Positions 57,466 through 64,000 of a stretch of 64,000 bases of DNA are shown here, piece by piece. This DNA comes from a virus, in IMG/VR virus record IMGVR_UViG_3300035663_000001, positions 32,001-96,000 of that record; one strand, written 5' to 3'. Below the pieces are notes generated by a model. It had not been told where the DNA came from, did not search any database, and worked only from the letters and a program-made list of their open reading frames with translations. Made by a program: the position numbers and the translations under genes. Numbering within the stretch: the stretch's first letter is position 1; every line of letters begins with the position of its first letter.

Positions 57466-57653
57466 GCTAAAATAGCAGCTAATTTTTTATCCTCTTCATC
57501 AATTAATTCTTGAATAACCTTATCAATAACTGCAGAACTATATGCTTCTGCTTCGGCTAATACTTCTGGAGAGGCTCTTCTTAATGCGGCTTCTTCTTCA
57601 GCAGTTAGTTTGAGGTTTCTATCATCTAAGAAAGCTATTTTTTTATTTTTCAT
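57456..57653 (-). CDS. Hypothetical protein
   Basis: ATGA overlap with 57650-59191; SD AAGGA. Confidence 0.65.
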   Translation of the reverse strand: MKNKKIAFLDDRNLKLTAEEEAALRRASPEVLAEAEAYSSAVIDKVIQELIDEEDKKLAAILAQE

Positions 57654-59191
57654 TGGTTCCTTAAGGAGTCTAAGACTACTTGCAAAGCATTAAGTGGAGA
57701 TTTATATTCTTTCTCTTTATTAAAGTTAACTATTAACTTTTCTCCCATAGATATCAATTCTTCTATTGAGAATGGTAAAGATTCTTGTTTAACTACTTTC
57801 TCTACCATTTTTCTAAAATTTTCAATTTGATTAATATCTTCACTAGCCTTGATAAAAATAGGGTTTACATTCACTAATGTATCAGCCATATTTTTAGCTA
57901 TTGCTTCTAATCTCTTTAAATTCTCTTTATTCTCCTCAGTTGGGGATTCTTTGAATAACGCAAAGGCCGCTGTTATTTTTAAACGTATCTCAATAATTTC
58001 TGGATGTTTATCTACGCTTTTTAGCAATTTCTTTTTAATTTCACTTTTTGCGCTTTGAGTTTTTTGTTTTAAACTCAAATTGACACCATCCAAAGTGCCA
58101 GAATCTCGACGAACTTTTCTATCTTCTATTTCTTTTTCACGTGATACATGAAAGCTACTTTGCTCTGTAGCTGCTAAAACTTTAGCAATAGCAGTCATTT
58201 TTTGCTGTAATTTTTTATTTTCATTTATTAGTTTCGACTTTTCTGGGTCGTTATCTGGTAATAAGCCAATTTTAGCAGCATTAGCTTTATATACAATAGC
58301 TAGTTGTTCAATGTCTACCACTCGTTTTTTTCTAGTTTCTTGAACAGCACTTCTTATTTTATCTCGATATTGAACATAAAGTTCAGGATCTTCTTTCATT
58401 TTTTTACGTAATTCTGTTTGTCTAGATTTTTCTCTAGCTAATATTGAATCATATTTATCTTTATCTTTTTGCGTCTCTTGATACCATGCTTGTCTTTTAG
58501 CTTGATGCAATTTCCATTTTTCTGGGTCGGCTTTCATTTTTAAATATCTTTTTCTAGCTGCCGCTTGTAATGCTTCGTATTTCTTTTTAAATAGAGGATT
58601 AGTCTTATACAATTCAAGTGTTTCTTTGGCTTTTTCAGAGGCATCGTGCATTCTTTTAGCCCGATAACCCTCAGCATTAGGATTACCTTCCATTTCAGTC
58701 GAATAACCAAATTCTTCCGGTAATACCAAAGCCATCATTTCTGCTTCAGACACACCGTCTTCTTCATGTTTTTTAATATGCTGGTACACATCGTTAAAAA
58801 CATTTTCAATAAATTTATTTAATGAAGCAGGATCTATATCCTCATTCTCTAAAAATGACGAACTTCCAATATACGCATTATTCAGTAACTTTTCATACAA
58901 CCTTTTAAAGGTATCATACACTTCAATAGAATTACCTACATCCTCATCTTCCTCTTCTAAAGTATCCATAAATACATTATATTGATTATAGAATGCTTCT
59001 AATAAAGAAAATAATTCTGGATTTTTAATATCAATGGAGTCATAATCAGCTTCAATATTTCCAGTTAAAGAAAAGTCATCCTCTCCCGTGTCATCATCTG
59101 GCATAGTATAATATGTAGTTTGACCGAGAGACCGCAAGACCCTTCGATAAAATAAATCAGCTAATTTTAAGATTGTAGATAGTTGGCTCAT
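57650..59191 (-). CDS. Large coiled-coil hypothetical protein
   Basis: 513-aa ORF, acidic N-terminus and Lys-rich helical region. Confidence 0.8.
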   Translation of the reverse strand: MSQLSTILKLADLFYRRVLRSLGQTTYYTMPDDDTGEDDFSLTGNIEADYDSIDIKNPELFSLLEAFYNQYNVFMDTLEEEDEDVGNSIEVYDTFKRLYEKLLNNAYIGSSSFLENEDIDPASLNKFIENVFNDVYQHIKKHEEDGVSEAEMMALVLPEEFGYSTEMEGNPNAEGYRAKRMHDASEKAKETLELYKTNPLFKKKYEALQAAARKRYLKMKADPEKWKLHQAKRQAWYQETQKDKDKYDSILAREKSRQTELRKKMKEDPELYVQYRDKIRSAVQETRKKRVVDIEQLAIVYKANAAKIGLLPDNDPEKSKLINENKKLQQKMTAIAKVLAATEQSSFHVSREKEIEDRKVRRDSGTLDGVNLSLKQKTQSAKSEIKKKLLKSVDKHPEIIEIRLKITAAFALFKESPTEENKENLKRLEAIAKNMADTLVNVNPIFIKASEDINQIENFRKMVEKVVKQESLPFSIEELISMGEKLIVNFNKEKEYKSPLNALQVVLDSLRNQ

Positions 59192-59223
59192 GTGTACCTT
59201 GTCTTTATGGTATATATAGTTTT

Positions 59224-60114
59224 ATGAGTAAAATAAAATCTCCTTTTCCCTTTTTTGGAGGAAAAAGCAAGGTCGCTGATTTGATTTGGTCAAGATTGGG
59301 TCATGTTTCCAATTATATCGAACCTTTTGCCGGTTCATTAGCTGTCTTGTTAGCTAATCCTCATCCAGCCAAAATTGAAACTATTAATGATAAAAATCAT
59401 TTTATTGCTAATTTTTGGCGAGCTATCACCATCGACCCAGCAGGAGTTGCTAAATTTGCCGACCATCCAGTCAATGAGGCTGATTTGCATGCCCGTCATC
59501 ATTGGTTAGTATCTGATGCTACTGATGACTTTAAATATCAAATGGATCATAATCCAGATTTTTATGATCTAAAAATTGCCGGATGGTGGGTCTGGGGAAT
59601 CAGCGCCTCGATTGGATCCAGTTGGATGAACCCATATGGTGTAAATTCTTTACCCTTACTCTCTTCCGCCGGTTCAGGCATTCACGGATTAACTCATAAT
59701 ATTTTTGATTGGTTTACTGCTTTACAAACTAGATTGAGACGAGTAAGAGTAGCCTGTGGTGATTGGGAACGTGTCATGTCCCCCTCGATTACTTTTAAAA
59801 ATAAAGGCTTGTCTCACAATGATGTGACCGCTATTTTTTTAGACCCACCTTACCTGACCTCAGGTCGAGATAAGGTTTATTTAGAGGAGTCTAATATTTT
59901 TCCTCAAGTTTATCAATGGGCATTAGACCATGGAGATTTACCGAATGTAAGAATTGCTTTATGCGGTTATGACAGCGAGTTAACTTTCCCAGATACTTGG
60001 GAAACGGTGGCATGGAAAACTAATGGGGGTTTTGCTAATGCTTCTAATACTCGTGGTAGAGCTAACTCAGATAAAGAAAGAATTTGGTTTAGCCCTCATT
60101 GTTTGAAAATATGA
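59224..60114 (+). CDS. DNA adenine methyltransferase (D12/Dam class)
   Basis: FPFFGGKS, EPFAGS, IND and DPPY. Confidence 0.9.
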   Translation: MSKIKSPFPFFGGKSKVADLIWSRLGHVSNYIEPFAGSLAVLLANPHPAKIETINDKNHFIANFWRAITIDPAGVAKFADHPVNEADLHARHHWLVSDATDDFKYQMDHNPDFYDLKIAGWWVWGISASIGSSWMNPYGVNSLPLLSSAGSGIHGLTHNIFDWFTALQTRLRRVRVACGDWERVMSPSITFKNKGLSHNDVTAIFLDPPYLTSGRDKVYLEESNIFPQVYQWALDHGDLPNVRIALCGYDSELTFPDTWETVAWKTNGGFANASNTRGRANSDKERIWFSPHCLKI

Positions 60115-60133
60115 TTTTTGAAACATTATAATT

Positions 60134-60298
60134 ATGGACTACAGTTTTCCGTCTCGAAAATTTTTATTTAAATGTGACTCCTGTCATATGATTATTAGCG
60201 TCACCTTTGACGAAGAAGAAGACCTTGAAAAAGTTCAAGAAGATACCATGGTATTGGAATGTACTTGCGAGGGTCGCTGCACCGTGCTTCGAGACTAA
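60134..60298 (+). CDS. Small Cys-rich protein
   Basis: Manual translation MDYSFPSRKFLFKCDSC...ECTCEGRC. Confidence 0.5.
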   Translation: MDYSFPSRKFLFKCDSCHMIISVTFDEEEDLEKVQEDTMVLECTCEGRCTVLRD

Positions 60299-60371
60299 TT
60301 TTTAAAAATGCGCCCGGCCTTGACAGCCAATTTATAGTTTTTACCTTAGGTGGACGAAAGGGAGTCGCACC

Positions 60372-60902
60372 TTGGATCAAGAAAAGCTATTATCGGAATT
60401 GTCAACGATCCGTCAAGGATCAACGTTTATAACCCTGTTAGGTTATCGAAATAATAATCAAGAGTTAGCGGATTACAATATTATTTTCAATATCAATTAT
60501 CGTAATGCACTATTACGATCTATTTCTATTCTTTCTAAAATAGAAACCTCCTTTGATATAGAGGCACAAGCCAAGCAACAATTAATGAGAGAATTAAATA
60601 ATTCTCTGTCTAAAAAATCTCCACATGCGATATATACCCAAGTTACAGGTCCCAATGGTCAAATCATTTCGGGAATTAAAAAGCATCATCAGACTGGTGT
60701 TCTTTATCTATCTGGGCTTATTAATAGTAAGCGTGTCATTGTGCCTGGGACTTATTCAAATCGTCAGCGTTGTGGCCTGGCACAAACTAAAGAACATTTT
60801 CGTAAAATGTTACCGATTAGTAAAATTAGACAGTTTACCTTAACCCCACAACATCTCAATACAATTGCCGTGCAAGGCAAACGATTAACTCTTCAATCTT
60901 AA
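60372..60902 (+). CDS. Hypothetical protein
   Basis: GGGAG before TTG start; TTGACA at 60320. Confidence 0.7.
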   Translation: MDQEKLLSELSTIRQGSTFITLLGYRNNNQELADYNIIFNINYRNALLRSISILSKIETSFDIEAQAKQQLMRELNNSLSKKSPHAIYTQVTGPNGQIISGIKKHHQTGVLYLSGLINSKRVIVPGTYSNRQRCGLAQTKEHFRKMLPISKIRQFTLTPQHLNTIAVQGKRLTLQS

Positions 60903-60935
60903 ATTGTTGTATTTATTTACAAATAAAGGATTTTT

Positions 60936-62489
60936 ATGGCTTCCAAGAAATTATTCAACTCTAAATCTACTGTCGCAGCACCTGTCACCAATACTACTAA
61001 TAATGCCGGAGGATCAGCTTATGCCATGTCAGATAAGGCAGCCCTGGCTCAATTAGCCATGACCGGCTGTTTTAATGGCACCTATTATGTATCAGCCGAA
61101 CATCAATTAGAAAAAGTTATCGAGTTGGCTAATAAATTGAGCCCCAAGTATGTAGCCAAGTTAGCAGTGTATTCTCGTCAACAAGGTTTAATGAAAGATA
61201 TGCCAGCTGTCTTAGCAGCGGTAGTGGCTGGTAAAGATTCAGCGCTTTTATCACGAATCTTTCCTCAAGTTATTGATAGTCCCAAAATGTTGCGGAACTT
61301 TGTTCAAGTACTCCGTTCCGGAGTGACTGGTCGTAAATCCTTAGGTACCCGCCCGAAGAAATTAATCCAACAATATTTAGCATCCTTAACAGATGAGCAG
61401 CTGTTTAACGCCGATGTGGGCCAAGATCCATCATTAAAAGACATCATTAAGATGGTGCATCCTAAACCAAATAGCGAATCTCGTTCAGCTTTATATGGAT
61501 ATCTTCTAGATAAGAAATATAATCCTCAGCACTTATGTCAACTAGCAAAGCAGTTTGAACTTTTTAAAAAGGAAATGGGATCAGAAATACCAGACGTTCC
61601 ATTTCAAATGTTAACACAGTTGCCATTGACTGACAGTCATTGGAAGCAAATTGCAGCTAATGCCACTTGGACCCAAACTCGATTGAATCTCAATACTTTT
61701 GAGCGTCATGGCGTTTTTAAAGATGCCAAACTGACGCAACTTCTGGCCAATAAATTGCAAGATGCACACCAAGTTGAGAAAGCGAAAGTGTTCCCGTATC
61801 AGTTATTTACTGCTTTCAAAAATATGAACTCAACGATTCCTTCTTCGGTCTCTATCGCTTTGCAACAAGCAGCCGAGATTTCGATGGAAAATATCCCTAC
61901 CTTTCCAGGTCAAGTATATGTTATGGTTGATACTTCTGGCTCTATGAGTTCTCCGGTGACAGGTCATCGAGGCAGTGTTACTAGTAAAATGCGATGTATT
62001 GATGTCGCAGCTTTAGTCGCAGCAGCCATTATGCGAAAGAATCCTAATGCCGAAATTATTCCTTTTGATACTCAAGTTCATTCCCATCGATTGAATCCAT
62101 GGGATTCTGTCATGACTAATGCTCAGAAATTATCTAATTTTGGTGGAGGTGGAACGGATTGTTCAATTGCTTTGCGTCATCTTAATAATACACAGGCTTC
62201 CGGAGACCTAGTTATCTATGTCTCCGATAATGAATCTTGGGTAGATCCGACTCGTTATCGGAGTACCGCAACCATGGCTGAATGGGTTAAATTTAAGTCG
62301 CGTAATAAAAATGCTAAACTGGTCTGTATTGATGTTACTCCTAATGGTACTGTGCAAGCTAGTGATGGCAATGCCATTTTAAATATTGGCGGGTTTTCTG
62401 ATTCGGTCTTTGAAGTAATTGCTAAATTTACGGAATTAGGAAATCACAAAGATCTGTGGATTAATACCATAGAATCAGTGGAGATATAA
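60936..62489 (+). CDS. TROVE-domain Ro60-like RNA-binding protein
   Basis: NNAGGxAY, MVHPKP, PYQLF, vWA MIDAS DTSGSMS, GGGTD and VSDNESW. Confidence 0.92.
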   Translation: MASKKLFNSKSTVAAPVTNTTNNAGGSAYAMSDKAALAQLAMTGCFNGTYYVSAEHQLEKVIELANKLSPKYVAKLAVYSRQQGLMKDMPAVLAAVVAGKDSALLSRIFPQVIDSPKMLRNFVQVLRSGVTGRKSLGTRPKKLIQQYLASLTDEQLFNADVGQDPSLKDIIKMVHPKPNSESRSALYGYLLDKKYNPQHLCQLAKQFELFKKEMGSEIPDVPFQMLTQLPLTDSHWKQIAANATWTQTRLNLNTFERHGVFKDAKLTQLLANKLQDAHQVEKAKVFPYQLFTAFKNMNSTIPSSVSIALQQAAEISMENIPTFPGQVYVMVDTSGSMSSPVTGHRGSVTSKMRCIDVAALVAAAIMRKNPNAEIIPFDTQVHSHRLNPWDSVMTNAQKLSNFGGGGTDCSIALRHLNNTQASGDLVIYVSDNESWVDPTRYRSTATMAEWVKFKSRNKNAKLVCIDVTPNGTVQASDGNAILNIGGFSDSVFEVIAKFTELGNHKDLWINTIESVEI

Positions 62490-62494
62490 AATAG

Positions 62495-62734
62495 ATGGCT
62501 ATACATTTAATTATTACTGCCAAAGAGAAGGTTGATGCGGCCTTATTAACTGAACTTCAACATCTTGGCGTCACAGTTTCTAGTTCTTTAGAAGAGTTAG
62601 GGATTGTCTTAGGATCTGTTTCTGAAATCAATTTTGACAATACTCTACAACAGATACAAAATCTTACTCCTGTTCTAGGAGTAGAAATTGAAAACGAACT
62701 ATCAGTTGGACCGCCAGATACAGAAATTTATTAA
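62495..62734 (+). CDS. Small acidic protein
   Basis: GGAG upstream. Confidence 0.6.
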   Translation: MAIHLIITAKEKVDAALLTELQHLGVTVSSSLEELGIVLGSVSEINFDNTLQQIQNLTPVLGVEIENELSVGPPDTEIY

Positions 62735-62749
62735 ACAATAGGAACAAGT

Positions 62750-63463
62750 ATGACTAAACCAAATTTTTCTTCCATCAATATGATTATTGACCAAAGCGGC
62801 TCGATGGCTCATCTATCTAAAGATACCATTGGAAGCTTTAATAACTTTTTAGCGGAACAAAAACTTGTTCCGGGTGAAGCGGCGTTAACTGTTACCACTT
62901 TTAATTATACTCCTCATACCCTTCATGATTTTGTTAACTTAACCGAAGTTCCAGATCTTACCCCAGAAACCTACCAACCGTCTGGTGGTACCGCTTTGCT
63001 CGATGCCATTGGATTAACCATGGATACTTTAGGCCAAAAGCTAGCCGCGATGGCCGAACCAGATCGACCCTCTAAAGTATTGTTTGTCATTATTACTGAT
63101 GGAGAAGAGAACTCTTCTAGAAAATATACTTTGTCTAAAATAAAAGACATGATTGAGCATCAACGTCAAGTATATTCTTGGGAGTTTATTTTCTTAGGAG
63201 CTAATATTGATGCCGTCTCAGTGGGATCTTCTTTAGGAGTGGCGGCGAATAATTCTTTTAATTATAGTTCCGATTCGATCGGAATTCGTAACGTCTATAA
63301 AGGTATTAGTGCCACTACTCAAAGTTTCCGATCAGGTTCAGGGTCTAGTACGTTTACAAGTAACTTTACCGCTACTACTACCTCTAGTAAGACAAATTCT
63401 CAGCAAAAAAATACTGTTCTTGCTAGAGATAGTCGGGGCAGATTTGTTAAAGTAACAAACTAA
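62750..63463 (+). CDS. vWA-domain protein
   Basis: DQSGSM, GGTALLDA, ITDGEENSS and WEFIFLGAN. Confidence 0.9.
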   Translation: MTKPNFSSINMIIDQSGSMAHLSKDTIGSFNNFLAEQKLVPGEAALTVTTFNYTPHTLHDFVNLTEVPDLTPETYQPSGGTALLDAIGLTMDTLGQKLAAMAEPDRPSKVLFVIITDGEENSSRKYTLSKIKDMIEHQRQVYSWEFIFLGANIDAVSVGSSLGVAANNSFNYSSDSIGIRNVYKGISATTQSFRSGSGSSTFTSNFTATTTSSKTNSQQKNTVLARDSRGRFVKVTN

Positions 63464-63488
63464 TCTACTAATTATTAAATATTCTGCC

Positions 63489-64000
63489 ATGGAACCATGG
63501 CAGAATCCTAAATTAACGTTGGGCGAACGTTGTATAACTTTCGCCCAACAAGAATTAGCTAATAAAGTAGCAGAAGATAAACCTAATTCTTTTACTTCTC
63601 CTCGTATTAGAGAATACTTTTCTATTTGCACCCGATTAGTTAATGGAAAAGAATTTCCTATTGGAAAAACATTTAGGGTGGGTAATTGGTGTAGTGCCGC
63701 AGTCTCTTTTACCTTATCACAATCACTTTTGCCTCACGAAACTCCTCCTCATGGCTTTCGTTTAGGGGTAGTAGAAATAATAGCTGATATGCAAAAACTT
63801 GATACTTATCGGCCACTTAGCGAAGTTAAAAATGGAAATTATCAGATAAAAGTAGGAGACCCTGTTTTTTTTGATCGTAGTCGCCCCAATGAGCCACATA
63901 CCGCTTGGTTTCGTCATATTGGTTTTGTCTTAGATCCTGGCTCAGGAGATGCTGCTAAATTTACTTGTATTTCTGGAAATAGTTTGGGTAAATGGAGAAT
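63489..64000 (+). CDS. CHAP/NlpC-like cysteine hydrolase (runs off the window)
   Basis: Manual translation MEPWQNPK...NWCSAAVS...GDPVFFDR...HIGFV...CISGN. Confidence 0.65.
   Translation, partial: MEPWQNPKLTLGERCITFAQQELANKVAEDKPNSFTSPRIREYFSICTRLVNGKEFPIGKTFRVGNWCSAAVSFTLSQSLLPHETPPHGFRLGVVEIIADMQKLDTYRPLSEVKNGNYQIKVGDPVFFDRSRPNEPHTAWFRHIGFVLDPGSGDAAKFTCISGNSLGKWR

Noticed and set aside
60299-60935. Y RNA gene adjacent to the TROVE gene
   Set aside because: The flanking intergenic gaps are short and show no tRNA-like arms.
1-64000. Stop-codon reassignment (TAG read as sense)
   Set aside because: Conserved enzymes are intact under the standard code, and TAG ends several genes at natural boundaries.
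1-64000. Eukaryotic giant virus or cellular chromosome
   Set aside because: SD sites, overlapping start/stop codons, sigma70 and sigma54 boxes, and dense co-oriented small hypothetical genes fit a large bacteriophage better. No hallmark virion gene is in the window, so phage origin remains an inference.

Overview
This window looks like an accessory region of a large bacteriophage genome. It has densely packed, almost all + strand short genes, Shine-Dalgarno sites and bacterial-type tRNAs, but no virion or core replication genes. GC falls from left to right. About 34 genes belong to one family built from a 23-aa beta-hairpin-like repeat (HREDGPAxEY/WxxGxKxWxxxGxx). One class is long and modular with a shared C-terminal domain. 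The other is short, ends in EEEYWRLVKLKALW and forms tandem arrays joined by a conserved AAAGCTTTATGGTAA-N3-ATGCAAGAAATT junction, with orphan tails and unrelated genes attached to that junction. Recognisable enzymes are a metallophosphoesterase, HNH nuclease, RadC, receiver-like protein, UvrD helicase, Zn deaminase, RNA ligase, M50 peptidase, AAA ATPase, LysRS, aminotransferase, SpoU methyltransferase, kinase, 5'-3' exonuclease, DNA adenine methylase, TROVE/Ro60, vWA and a CHAP-like hydrolase. Non-coding signals are unusually rich. They include tRNA-Lys(UUU), tRNA-Leu(UAA), a CUA-anticodon tRNA, a tRNA-like domain on a long stem, a canonical type II hammerhead ribozyme, a two-copy covarying four-way-junction RNA and other structured spacers. 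A fixed-spacing motif CCCAGCGACTAAATTTT-N10-CCTA occurs six times, four of them next to sigma54-type -24/-12 sites. All family calls come from reading motifs by eye; no database search was run.
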